A program made the position numbers and the translations under genes. DNA of 55,977 nucleotides. Source: a virus. Lineage: Duplodnaviria > Caudoviricetes. Shown one piece after another: positions 1-9,689 of this stretch. The stretch's first letter is position 1. Each line of letters opens with the position of its first letter. The notes beneath the pieces were generated by a model that saw only the letters and a list, made by a program, of their open reading frames with translations, had not been told where the DNA came from and made no database searches. The stretch spans positions 1-55,977 of the IMG/VR virus record IMGVR_UViG_3300021091_000089. One strand, 5' to 3'.

Positions 1-165
1 GTCTTTGCGGCCTACTTCCTTTTTGCGATGATGTCGGCTTATGGGCATAACGCTAACGAAGTGTATGTGACTCTTCTCGGGCAATGGGGAATGCTTATTT
101 TTTCCTTCTATTTTGGTTCTCGTGGTATGGAAAAAATTGCGGAAATCTGGAGTAAGAAGAAGTGA
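1..165 (+). CDS. Holin, 3' partial (3-TM holin-like)
   Basis: Frame 1 reads VFAAYFLFAMMSAYG...LLGQWGMLIFSFYFGSRGMEKIAEIWSKKK*. It has two hydrophobic helices, a FYFGSR motif and a basic tail, and overlaps the endolysin start (GTGA). Confidence 0.75.
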   Translation, partial: VFAAYFLFAMMSAYGHNANEVYVTLLGQWGMLIFSFYFGSRGMEKIAEIWSKKK

Positions 166-539
166 TTAACTGGGAAAAATACCCCAACTTTTCGGTCAGA
201 GAGTTCATCTGCTCTCATTGCGGGGGTGAGGGTGTCCAAGAAGGTCTGTTGGATAAGCTCCAGGCGATGCGCACCGAGTACGGTAAACCCATAAAGATCA
301 CCTCCGGATATCGTTGTCCACAGCACCCCGTAGAAGCCAAGAAAACCGCCCCTGGCGCTCACGCATTAGGCTTGGCTGCTGACATCGCGGCTGAGGGTGC
401 AGAGGCCCACAGAATCCTCTCCCTGGCGTTCAAACACGGCTTCACCGGTGTTGGTGTGCAACAAAAAGGCACAGGTCGTTTTATCCACGTAGACATTCGG
501 TCTGGGCAACTACCTACCCCGAGCGTATGGAGCTATTGA
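162..539 (+). CDS. Endolysin, peptidase M15A family
   Basis: EFxCxHCG, ITSGYRC, HxxGxAADI and FIHVD zinc-peptidase motifs; lies next to the holin. Confidence 0.9.
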   Translation: MINWEKYPNFSVREFICSHCGGEGVQEGLLDKLQAMRTEYGKPIKITSGYRCPQHPVEAKKTAPGAHALGLAADIAAEGAEAHRILSLAFKHGFTGVGVQQKGTGRFIHVDIRSGQLPTPSVWSY

Positions 540-2450
540 GTGCCCTTCCTTAAACTCAACTTTAAACCGGGGATCGTCAAAGACACGACGAACTACGCCA
601 ATGAGGGTGGGTTTTCTGACGGGGATAAGATCCGGTTTTTCTCTGGGTTCCCACAAAAAATAGGTGGTTGGATTAAGCCTACGCCAAATTCGTTTCTCGG
701 TGTCTGCCGTCAGATGTGGAACTGGATCACGTCTTTCTCGGATAACTTCTTAGCAGTTGGTACAAACATTAAAGTCTACATTGAGGTTGGTGGGGTCTTT
801 TATGACATCACGCCCTTAAGAATCACCCTCATCTCCCCGGCTACAAACAACAGCATTGCCACGACAAATGGATCAACCACAGTCACATTCACGGTATCAA
901 GCCATGGGTTAGAGACAGGCGCGTATGTGACTATCTCAGGTGTTACTGGTAATCCTGGTGGGGTGACAAATGCAGAGATAAACAAAGAACACCAAGTCAC
1001 TGTTGTTGGTTCAAGCGTATTTACCATTACTGTAACTACTCCCGCTTCATCTACCGTATCTAACCAAGGCGGCACAAGTATCTCCATAGCCTGCCAAATA
1101 AACCCTGGGTTCGCCTCCGCTACTCTTGGCTACGGCTGGGGTACTGGGTCTTGGAATGATCCGCAGACATCGTGGGGGCTGGCTAGTCCTGATCCGGTTG
1201 TGTTGATGCAAAGGGATTGGTGGTTTGACAACTTCGATAACGACTTGGTGATGAACATCCGCAAAGGGCCTATTTATTATTGGGAGCGGGGTTCCTTAGC
1301 GAGTCCTTCTACAGCCTTAGGCGTTCGGGCGGTGCTTCTTTCCAGTCTTGCTGGGGCTAGTAGCGTGCCCAATATCGCTATGCAGACTCTTGTGTCTCAG
1401 AATGATAAGCACCTGATGGCCTTTGGATGTCAGCCGTTTGGGGGTATCTCTACCGACTATGACCCGCTTCTGATCCGTTGGGCTAGTCAGGATGAGCCTC
1501 AGTATTGGAGCCCCACAGGCACAACCCCAGGCGGTGCGGTTAGTAGTGCTGGATTCTTGCGGGTTTCTCGCGGGTCGGAGATCGTGCGTGCACTGCCTAC
1601 AAGACAGGAAATATTGGTCTGGACTAATTCAAACTTGTATTCCTTGCAATACACAGGCACCACGGACGTGTTTGCCCTACAAGAACTTGCTGACAATATC
1701 TCCATCATCAGCCCCCGTGCGGTGGCCTCGGCAAACAATGTGACCTACTGGATGGGGCAGGACAAGTTCTATGTCTATACTGGTCAGGTTCAGACACTAC
1801 CTTGCACGATCAGGGATTATGTTTTCAAAGACATCAACTTTAACCAGTCAGATCAGATAATTTGTGGCACCAACGAGGGCTTTACGGAAATCTGGTGGTT
1901 CTATCCCACTGCCAACTCTAACTGGATTGATCAATATGTAATTTATAACCACCTGGAACAGGTCTGGTATTACGGCACTCTTGTCCGCACGGCTTGGCTA
2001 GACACCGCTATTAGGGGAAACCCTATAGCTGCCAGAACTCTAAACGGCGCCTCAACAGGACACTTATTTGAGCATGAGGTTGGGGTAAACGATGACACGT
2101 CACCGATGCAGTCTTATATTGAGTCGTCAGACTTTGACTTAGGCGATGGTGAGAAGTTCATGCTAACTGACCGCATGATCCCAGACTTTAGATTTGACGG
2201 GTCCACGGCTGATAATCCAACGCTTACCATGACCATTAAGCCCAAGCGGTTCTCTGGTACAGCGTATGAGAACCAAGCATCTGACACCCAGCCGGTCATT
2301 GAGGTGCCGATAAGCCAGACATACACGGGGCAAGTCTTTATTCGGGCACGCGGCAGGCAGGTCGCCTTCAGGGTGGATTCTGCTGACTTAAATGTGCAGT
2401 GGCAGTTGGGTTCGGTACGACTTAGTGTGCGCGAAGATGGGCGACGGTAA
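540..2450 (+). CDS. Tail/head-closure (stabilisation) protein, P22 gp10 or tail tubular B-like
   Basis: 636 aa, beta-rich, LIRWASQD motif, C-terminal RARGRQVAFR motif, Thr/Ser-rich N-terminal insert; precedes the internal virion genes. Confidence 0.65.
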   Translation: MPFLKLNFKPGIVKDTTNYANEGGFSDGDKIRFFSGFPQKIGGWIKPTPNSFLGVCRQMWNWITSFSDNFLAVGTNIKVYIEVGGVFYDITPLRITLISPATNNSIATTNGSTTVTFTVSSHGLETGAYVTISGVTGNPGGVTNAEINKEHQVTVVGSSVFTITVTTPASSTVSNQGGTSISIACQINPGFASATLGYGWGTGSWNDPQTSWGLASPDPVVLMQRDWWFDNFDNDLVMNIRKGPIYYWERGSLASPSTALGVRAVLLSSLAGASSVPNIAMQTLVSQNDKHLMAFGCQPFGGISTDYDPLLIRWASQDEPQYWSPTGTTPGGAVSSAGFLRVSRGSEIVRALPTRQEILVWTNSNLYSLQYTGTTDVFALQELADNISIISPRAVASANNVTYWMGQDKFYVYTGQVQTLPCTIRDYVFKDINFNQSDQIICGTNEGFTEIWWFYPTANSNWIDQYVIYNHLEQVWYYGTLVRTAWLDTAIRGNPIAARTLNGASTGHLFEHEVGVNDDTSPMQSYIESSDFDLGDGEKFMLTDRMIPDFRFDGSTADNPTLTMTIKPKRFSGTAYENQASDTQPVIEVPISQTYTGQVFIRARGRQVAFRVDSADLNVQWQLGSVRLSVREDGRR

Positions 2451-3322
2451 TGGCGCTAGTTGGGTTCCGTGCTCCGGCTCTACCCCTCCCTCCTGGGCAA
2501 TATGACTCACGGCAGCAGGCCGAGCTTATCCGGGCGCTTAGGCTGTATTTTAACCTCATAGACTCACTCACCCCCCAACAGGCGCAGTCGTACAAAGCGG
2601 AGAACTTTATTGGTGGTACGTTTACTGGAGATTTTGTTGGGGATTTTACTGGTGGTACATTCAGTGGAAATGTTTTAGGGGGTACGCTGTCTGGGTTCGG
2701 GCTTGGGTTAGAAGTTCCCTACGCTCTGTTAATGTCGGATCAGGACCAGGACAGTGCAGGTGTGACTTCAGAGAACATTGTCACCCTAAACCAAATAATT
2801 CTAAGCGACGGGATCAATGTAGAAAATAACAGCCGGATTACGTTTGCCTATCCCGGACAGTACCTAGTGACTGCCAGGTTCCAATTCGCCAACCGGGGAA
2901 ATGCGGCAGCTGAGTTTGAGATCTGGGTCAAGAACAGTGGTACAAATTACCCTTTAAGTGGCACACGGTTTGACATCCCGGCCAGGAAGAGTGGGTCCAT
3001 ATGGTCGCACGTGACAGCCAATATTTCGGGAATATTCACGGTTCAGGCAGATGAATACTTAGAGTTTGCCTGGTGGTCAGACGAAGCCGACATGTATATT
3101 GAGCACTATGCGGCAGGGACAAGCCCAACAAGACCGGAGATCGCCTCAGTTATTGTGACGGTCAACTTCTTGTCTGCGCTGCCCCCGAGGTTTGTACCGA
3201 CTCTGCCAGACCGACTGGTGATTCAAGGTGCCGCACCAAGTTTGTTACGAGGAACAGTAGCCATACCCCCCGCAGCAGGCTTGTCGCTTCAAGGCGTTGC
3301 GCCTACAATAGTAATCGCGTAG
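2450..3322 (+). CDS. Tail-associated protein with a beta-sandwich (C1q/TNF-like) domain
   Basis: 290 aa, coupled to the upstream gene (TAATG), GTFxG repeats, then a SRITF..PGQYLV jelly-roll-like segment. Confidence 0.5.
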   Translation: MALVGFRAPALPLPPGQYDSRQQAELIRALRLYFNLIDSLTPQQAQSYKAENFIGGTFTGDFVGDFTGGTFSGNVLGGTLSGFGLGLEVPYALLMSDQDQDSAGVTSENIVTLNQIILSDGINVENNSRITFAYPGQYLVTARFQFANRGNAAAEFEIWVKNSGTNYPLSGTRFDIPARKSGSIWSHVTANISGIFTVQADEYLEFAWWSDEADMYIEHYAAGTSPTRPEIASVIVTVNFLSALPPRFVPTLPDRLVIQGAAPSLLRGTVAIPPAAGLSLQGVAPTIVIA

Positions 3323-3358
3323 TACCTCTGTAGTTCAACTTAACCAAAGGAGAGTTCC

Positions 3359-3535
3359 ATGGTCTCAGAAGTCACTAAAGACGACACGTTTTTTATCCAC
3401 TGCCTGTATGACTATGTTCTAGGGCGTAAGCCTGACGAAGAAGGTCTGCGGTTTTGGGAGCATTACGAACCACGTTCTAATCTAGTAGCGGCGTTTGTGG
3501 TTGAAGCTAAGAAAGAGCTTGCCGCTCGCGCTTAA
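3359..3535 (+). CDS. Small stand-alone DUF4214-like protein (58 aa, not in the ORF track)
   Basis: AAGGAG RBS; MVSEVTKDDTFFIHCLYDYVLGRKPDEEGLRFWEHY... matches the FI..LY..VLGR.PD.EGL.FW pattern. Confidence 0.7.
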   Translation: MVSEVTKDDTFFIHCLYDYVLGRKPDEEGLRFWEHYEPRSNLVAAFVVEAKKELAARA

Positions 3536-3544
3536 CTAACGAGG

Positions 3545-3564
3545 TAGCCCCCTTCGGGGGGCTA
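3545..3564 (+). promoter_or_regulatory. C(UUCG)G hairpin between a GAGG SD-like sequence and the ATG at 3572
   Basis: TAGCCCCC-TTCG-GGGGGCTA, a perfect 8-bp stem with no U-tract. Confidence 0.6.
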
Positions 3565-3571
3565 AGTAACT

Positions 3572-6500
3572 ATGGCACTGACATACGCACAAGCCCAACA
3601 AATTGCTGCAGCAAACCAGCCTCCGGGTGGATACACACAGGATCAGATTAATCAATGGGCTAGTTGGGCGGTGAGTAGCCCAGATGTTGCGTATTCTCCA
3701 AATCCAGCGCAACAGGTAAAAGATTCTATAGTTGTTGCACAAGCTAAAGCAGGTGAACGTAGTGGTGGTGAAAACTTAACTCAGTCTGATGTAAACCAAT
3801 TTAATAGCTTAGTTGCTTCTGGTGATTTTGTAAAAGCAGCACAGTTTTCTGAATCAAAAGGAGTCGATCCTGCGATTACAGCAGCTTATATTAATGCAAA
3901 TGCTGCTAATTTAGGCCTTCCCGCTGACTTTCGGGTCAATGCTATAAACGTCACCTCAGCGGCAGTAGCAGCCGCACAAGCAGCCGCACCAGCACCAGCA
4001 CCTGCTTCCGGTATAGCTGCTATTCCAATAACTTCACCAGCACCCGCACCAGCACCAGCACCAGCAGCCGCACCTGTTCCAACAGCACAAGCTGCCTTAG
4101 ATTATTACAGGGCAACTGGAGATATTGTAGGGACGCAGCAAAGACTTGCTGCGTCTGCGGGTATGCCAAACCTAACTAAAGAACAAGCAGCGGCTGGTGT
4201 TGTTACAAATATCTACGAAAAAAATTTAGATCGGGCGCCAGACCCATCGGGGCTACAAAATTACACAACTCAAATATTAAGCGGAGTTCCTTACGATACG
4301 GTTGTAAAAGAAATACAAGGATCTGCCGAAGCTGCTGCAAAAAAACCCGCTGAAGACGCTGCAAAAGCGCAAACTGCCCCACAAAGAAAGGGCTTAGATG
4401 CTCCAGTTTTAAATCGGTCTGAGATTATTGAGCTTTATCGTGGTATTGGTATGAACAAACCCAAAGATGAAGATATTGGGTTTTGGTTAGAGTACGCGCA
4501 ATACAACCCGGACGTTATAAATTCTGGCAACCCTAGAAACCAAGTAATCAATGCGTTTAAAGCAGCGGCTAAAGGCTACGGCTTAACACCTGCGGAAGAT
4601 TTTGGGCAGTTTGGTAGATCAGGCGCAAGGCCGACAATTACGTCTCCGATTCTCCCTGCGGGGCAAAAACTTTCCCCACTTCAATTTGCGACTCCGCAAA
4701 GGGGTATTGCTGCGCTCCGTGGCCCGGCGTATATGTCAAGTCTTTTAGAGATGCCTGTGGGTGCCACTAATGTAACCACTCCGTTTGGTGGTTCTCAAAC
4801 ACAGCAATTACCTGCAGCCCCAACAACTGTTCAACGACCCGGACCTTTTGCTTTAGAGACAGGTGTGTCGTTTGGTCCTTTAGCCGTATCTCCTGAAGCT
4901 GTTGCCCGTGAACAAGCCGCTGCGGTTAAAACTGCTACAAATGCCGCAAACGCTAAATTAAATCCTGCGGGTGGTACTACAAGCCTTCTTGATTATGGTG
5001 GTGGAGATAGTGATGGTTCGCCTGGACCGACAGGCCCAGGGATGTCGGCTAGTGATTTAGGTAATGCAATTGCACTTGGTTTAAATGCGCTTGGTTTGTC
5101 TGGCCTTGGTAGTATAGGTTTAGGTTCTTTTGGAGCGCCTGTTTCTGGTCCTGGAATGACAGGGCATGGTGGTAATGTTGCAGGTGGTCCTGATGATAGT
5201 CCTGCTCCTGGTCCTCCTGGGGCTGCGCCCGGAGTGGATGGCGATTTGGCAAAAGGCGGTTTAATTACATACCAAGAAGGTGGCATGTCTAAGCTTACGG
5301 CGAAAGAAGCTGGGTCGCAGTTTGATATGTCAAAGCTTCTCGATGAGCAAGGCCGCTTAATTGGTGGGTTTTTACGGCCTGAGTCAAGACCTGACCGCAA
5401 GGTTCCTGATGAGTATGGGGCTTACGGTAGGCCGGTTCGTGATGAATCTGGAAAGATTACAAACTACGAGTTTGTTCCGTATCAAAGCAACGTAGTCTTT
5501 AACCCCCGTCTAAGTGAAGCTGAAGCTCGTGGAATGACTGAAGATGAAAAAGCTCGTGCAATAAGAAATATGCAGATACGTATGGGGCTAACTGATCCTA
5601 TACCTCAAGGAATTATTTCTACAGGAATACCAGCAAATATACGTAGGTCAAGGGGATACGAACTTGCTCAAGGTGGCCTAGCCTCTCTTGCTGAAAACCT
5701 AGCCGATAAAGGCCGTGGCGGTGACTCCATGCTGGTCCACATGTCGCCTGAAGAAGTGTCAGGGTTGCGTGGGCTGGCTATGCACATGGGTGAGGACTTG
5801 ACCATTAACCCTCAGACTGGGTTGCCTGAAGCTAAACTTTTGAAGAAACTATTGCCAATCCTTCCGTTCATTCCGGGCATCGGTCAGATCTTAGGGCCTA
5901 TTGCTGCAAGCATGGGTTCTTTAGGCACGGCGTTATCAAGTTTTGCTTCTGCTAGTCCTCTTTTAGCTAAATCAATTGCTTCAGGAATTATTGGTGGGTT
6001 CACTGCGCCGGGCAAAGGGTTTAACTTTAAAGAAGGCTTGAAGACCGGTATAGGCGCCTTTGCTGGTGGTAAGCTGTTTGAAACTCTTAGCGCAATGGGT
6101 GCGCCGGGTGGAAGTGGTGTTAGTCCAAGTGGCGGTCAAGGAGTTAAAGTTGCTCCCGCATATGGGGGAGTGCCAACAACAGAAATTTTAATCCCGCCAA
6201 ATATTGATTACGCAAACGTTTTGGCTCAAGGTGCTCCCGGTTCTTTCCCAAAAATGACACCTACTGACTTTTCTAATATTTTAACTCCACCTGAAGGTGC
6301 TAGACTCGGATCTGGACCTACGGGAATTAAACTTAGCCCATCTGCAACAACTCCAGTTACTCCTGATTTTACTTCTCAAGTTAATCTACCAGGTGCTCCC
6401 GCATCAACTGATTACGCTCTTACTGGGCCTTCATCGTCATCGGCAGCATACCCTTCAACAGCTACAGGGGGGGAAAGAAAAATATTGGGCATGACTCCGG

Positions 6501-6994
6501 CTGAGATTTCTCTTGGTTTTACTGCTGGCTCTGCTTTGATGGGGTACGATGAACAACAAAAATTTGCTGCTGCTCAAGCTGCTAAAGAGCGTGAAGAAGA
6601 CGAGCGTCGCCGCAAATATGAAGAATTGTTTAGTCGTACACTTGGGCGTGTGCCTATGGCTGCTGGTGGTGGTCTTGTCGCTATGGCTGGCGGCGGGATG
6701 CCTACGTTTGAATATGGTGGTACGACTGCGCCGACTGGTGAGCCTCGGATGGTTACGGGTGCTGGTGATGGTATGAGCGATAATATACCTGCCAATATTG
6801 AAGGTGTGCAGGAAGCCCGGTTGGCTAACGATGAGTTTGTAGTGCCTGCTGATGTTGTAGCAGATATTGGCAACGGCTCCAGTAGTGCTGGGGCTAAGAA
6901 ACTTTACGCCATGATGGATCGAATCCGTAAAGCACGGCATGGCACGACAGAGCAACCCCCTGAAATTGATGCTGAGCGCTTAATGCCAGCGTAA
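3572..6994 (+). CDS. Large internal virion/ejection protein with DUF4214-like segments
   Basis: 1140 aa, Ala/Pro/Gly-rich. Contains IYEKNLDRAPDPSGLQNY (DUF4214-like), GRGGDSMLVHM...INPQTGLPEA and GDGMSDNIPA...EFVVPADVV modules typical of phage internal proteins. Confidence 0.65.
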   Translation: MALTYAQAQQIAAANQPPGGYTQDQINQWASWAVSSPDVAYSPNPAQQVKDSIVVAQAKAGERSGGENLTQSDVNQFNSLVASGDFVKAAQFSESKGVDPAITAAYINANAANLGLPADFRVNAINVTSAAVAAAQAAAPAPAPASGIAAIPITSPAPAPAPAPAAAPVPTAQAALDYYRATGDIVGTQQRLAASAGMPNLTKEQAAAGVVTNIYEKNLDRAPDPSGLQNYTTQILSGVPYDTVVKEIQGSAEAAAKKPAEDAAKAQTAPQRKGLDAPVLNRSEIIELYRGIGMNKPKDEDIGFWLEYAQYNPDVINSGNPRNQVINAFKAAAKGYGLTPAEDFGQFGRSGARPTITSPILPAGQKLSPLQFATPQRGIAALRGPAYMSSLLEMPVGATNVTTPFGGSQTQQLPAAPTTVQRPGPFALETGVSFGPLAVSPEAVAREQAAAVKTATNAANAKLNPAGGTTSLLDYGGGDSDGSPGPTGPGMSASDLGNAIALGLNALGLSGLGSIGLGSFGAPVSGPGMTGHGGNVAGGPDDSPAPGPPGAAPGVDGDLAKGGLITYQEGGMSKLTAKEAGSQFDMSKLLDEQGRLIGGFLRPESRPDRKVPDEYGAYGRPVRDESGKITNYEFVPYQSNVVFNPRLSEAEARGMTEDEKARAIRNMQIRMGLTDPIPQGIISTGIPANIRRSRGYELAQGGLASLAENLADKGRGGDSMLVHMSPEEVSGLRGLAMHMGEDLTINPQTGLPEAKLLKKLLPILPFIPGIGQILGPIAASMGSLGTALSSFASASPLLAKSIASGIIGGFTAPGKGFNFKEGLKTGIGAFAGGKLFETLSAMGAPGGSGVSPSGGQGVKVAPAYGGVPTTEILIPPNIDYANVLAQGAPGSFPKMTPTDFSNILTPPEGARLGSGPTGIKLSPSATTPVTPDFTSQVNLPGAPASTDYALTGPSSSSAAYPSTATGGERKILGMTPAEISLGFTAGSALMGYDEQQKFAAAQAAKEREEDERRRKYEELFSRTLGRVPMAAGGGLVAMAGGGMPTFEYGGTTAPTGEPRMVTGAGDGMSDNIPANIEGVQEARLANDEFVVPADVVADIGNGSSSAGAKKLYAMMDRIRKARHGTTEQPPEIDAERLMPA

Positions 6995-7002
6995 GGACTA
7001 AT

Positions 7003-8034
7003 ATGGCAACGCAAACAATTACCACTGCCGGTGAAGTACCGAAAGTACTAGAACCTTTTTATTTAGGAAAAGAGGGGCAACCCGGACTTATAGAACGTGG
7101 TATGAGCGCCATATTTCCTGGCGACTTATCTGGTGAACGTGCTTTCTTATCTCGCTATGCACCAGTCATCGGTGCGGATCTTATGGGTGCAGGTGAAATT
7201 GCACCGATGTCTCAGTTCCAACAACAGGTTGGGCAACAGCTAGGAACCTTTGTATCTCCAGAACAGTTTGGCCTTGGTACGCAAGCCGGACAAGAATCTG
7301 CTGCAGGACTGCAGGCTTTAATGCAGTTGCAAGCCCCTGGTATTGGTCCAGCACGGGAGTTTACTGGAGCAGAAGCAAAAACCTATATGTCCCCCTACAT
7401 GCAAAATGTGGTGGATATACAGCAAAGACAAGCGATTGAAGCTGCACGGCAGGCTCAGCTTGGTGGGAATTTAGCGGCTGCAAGACAGGGCACTTACGGT
7501 GGTGCACGACAGGCTCTTTTACAGGGACAACGCGAATCAGGGCTTCGTCAACAATTAGGTGATATTCAAGCCCAAGGTCTTCAGAGTGCCTTTAATCAGG
7601 CACAACAAGCGTTCCAAGCCGACCGTGCAGCACAGATGGATGTGGCCCGAGCAAATCAAGCCGCCGCCTTACAAGCAGGACAACAAAGACTCGGCGCGGC
7701 TCAAGGGTTGGGTGGGCTGGCACAGACCTTTGGTGGTTTGGGTACGCAACAGCTTGCCGGTGAACTCGACATCCTCAAGACTCAGGGTGCCTTTGGCGAT
7801 CTACAGAGAAATATTGCGCAGCAGCAACTTGATGCTCAACGTAGTGCTCTTATGCAAGGAGCGGAATACGGTACAACGCAAGTGGGACAGCTTTCTAATC
7901 TCTTACGTGGCATCCCGCTTACAGACACAACTCAGAAAACAACCACACCTCCGCCTTCGTTTGCAAGCCAGCTAACCGGTATGGGTCTAACTGGTATCGG
8001 TTTGTACAATCTCCTTGGTGGAGGTAGGTCATAA
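7003..8034 (+). CDS. Internal virion (DNA ejection/pilot-type) protein
   Basis: 343 aa, Gln/Ala/Gly-rich helical protein with YMSPYMQNVVD and GTYGGARQ motifs and a C-terminal hydrophobic Gly-rich segment. Confidence 0.65.
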   Translation: MATQTITTAGEVPKVLEPFYLGKEGQPGLIERGMSAIFPGDLSGERAFLSRYAPVIGADLMGAGEIAPMSQFQQQVGQQLGTFVSPEQFGLGTQAGQESAAGLQALMQLQAPGIGPAREFTGAEAKTYMSPYMQNVVDIQQRQAIEAARQAQLGGNLAAARQGTYGGARQALLQGQRESGLRQQLGDIQAQGLQSAFNQAQQAFQADRAAQMDVARANQAAALQAGQQRLGAAQGLGGLAQTFGGLGTQQLAGELDILKTQGAFGDLQRNIAQQQLDAQRSALMQGAEYGTTQVGQLSNLLRGIPLTDTTQKTTTPPPSFASQLTGMGLTGIGLYNLLGGGRS

Positions 8035-9689
8035 TGTTAAACCCAGTTCAGGAGTACGCAAAAGCTAGGGCGATGCCCATACCGGCGCTTGTAGCCGTGT
8101 TGCAGGGAAAAAGTGACATGGTTAGCCTTGGGGTTGCCCATGCTGCGTTAAAAGAAAAGACCGAAGCTGAGATTGCACAAAAAGGGGCTAACGCTGCCAT
8201 GATGGCGCAGGCTCCCAAAGTTGTTAATCGTGATATTGCTATGGCCCAGGGTATTGCTGCGATGCCTACAGATGTTGACGTGCCCATGGGGGGCATAGTG
8301 GGTAATGATGGGCAGATGACAGACACAGCGGCTGGCGGGGGCATAGTGGCGTTTAGCAATGGGGGTGATCCTCGTGCGCAGTTACGTAAAACACCTCCAA
8401 CGTCTGTTCCACGAACACCGGTTGATCCTCGTGCGCAAGTACGCCCAACTTTTCCGCCAGTTTCTGCAACCGGTCAACCTTTACCTCCTATAGCCCCTTC
8501 GCCCTCTATTCCACGTCAGCCGGGGATATTTTCTCGTGCTGCACAATCTCTTTCAAAATCTCCTATTGGTCGGGCTATTCCTGGCGCTGCGCTGTTGTCA
8601 GAACTTTTTTCGTCACGCCCTACAAACGTTGGCGAAGAAGAGCAACTAGATATGTATCGCACGCTGTTGGGGTTGGGCTACACCGAAGAAGATGTTCGGA
8701 ACATGCCTCCAGAGATTCGCAAACAGATTGTTAACACGGTTAAACAATCACAGGCACAGCAAGCCCAACAAGCGCCACAGGCACAACCAGAAGGCCAAGG
8801 GCAGCAAATGCCACCACAAGACCAAGGGCAACAAGCTCCGGGTGGGATAGCAGCATTACCGACTCGCGGTGCGCCTGATGCAGGCAACTTAATGGAACGC
8901 GCTAGTACACTTCTTGGACCCCAACGACAAATTGAAGGCGGGATTCCGTCTATTCAACAGGCTGTACAGCAAGAACGAGAAGGACTTACTGCAGCTGGGT
9001 TTGACTTTAATCTGATGAAAAACCAAATCAGAGACATTCGTGCAGAAAAAGAAGAACTAAAAGGCTCCAGAAAAGAAGCAGCTAACCTACGCCTAATTGA
9101 AGCAGGTCTGGGTATTTTGGGCGGTGAGTCTCCGTATGCGTTTGTTAACATCGGTAAAGGCGCTACTCCAGCCCTTAAAGGTTTGGCGGAAGATCTTAAA
9201 GACATCAAGAAAGAACAGCGTGCTTACGATAAAGCCCTACGCGATGTCCAGCTTGCTGAAAACCAAATTGCTGCAGGTGTGGGTGCTGGGGCTATGCGGC
9301 GACGTGACTCTGCTATGGAGCGTGCTGATCGTGCGGCGGAGCGTATGGAAACCAATAAAGTTTCTATGGCTCAGAGCTTGTTAAGCGCAGACACCCAACG
9401 CTATGTTGCAGACACTGCTCGGGAAACAGCTGGATTACAACGCGCAGAAACTGCTGAAGCTACACGTCGAAACAATGCGCTAACCTTGGCGCGTCAACAA
9501 GTTCAGGCGGCGATGCAGCGTGATCCAAGATTAGGTATGGATACGGCAAAGCAAGAAGAACTACTAAACCAGTACTTCAACGAAAACTACAAGCGTTTAA
9601 GCCAAGGCCCGACCGCAGAACAAACTCCTTCTGGTTTACCTAGTCAAAGCGCAATACGAGCAGAAATGGCGCGTAGAGGACTTAAATAA
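8034..9689 (+). CDS. Internal virion protein
   Basis: 551 aa with Pro/Gln-rich linkers and coiled coil; translationally coupled on both sides. Confidence 0.6.
   Translation: MLNPVQEYAKARAMPIPALVAVLQGKSDMVSLGVAHAALKEKTEAEIAQKGANAAMMAQAPKVVNRDIAMAQGIAAMPTDVDVPMGGIVGNDGQMTDTAAGGGIVAFSNGGDPRAQLRKTPPTSVPRTPVDPRAQVRPTFPPVSATGQPLPPIAPSPSIPRQPGIFSRAAQSLSKSPIGRAIPGAALLSELFSSRPTNVGEEEQLDMYRTLLGLGYTEEDVRNMPPEIRKQIVNTVKQSQAQQAQQAPQAQPEGQGQQMPPQDQGQQAPGGIAALPTRGAPDAGNLMERASTLLGPQRQIEGGIPSIQQAVQQEREGLTAAGFDFNLMKNQIRDIRAEKEELKGSRKEAANLRLIEAGLGILGGESPYAFVNIGKGATPALKGLAEDLKDIKKEQRAYDKALRDVQLAENQIAAGVGAGAMRRRDSAMERADRAAERMETNKVSMAQSLLSADTQRYVADTARETAGLQRAETAEATRRNNALTLARQQVQAAMQRDPRLGMDTAKQEELLNQYFNENYKRLSQGPTAEQTPSGLPSQSAIRAEMARRGLK

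Noticed and set aside
3986-4075. GCACCA tandem repeats
   Set aside because: They encode an ordinary Ala-Pro linker in the 1140-aa protein.
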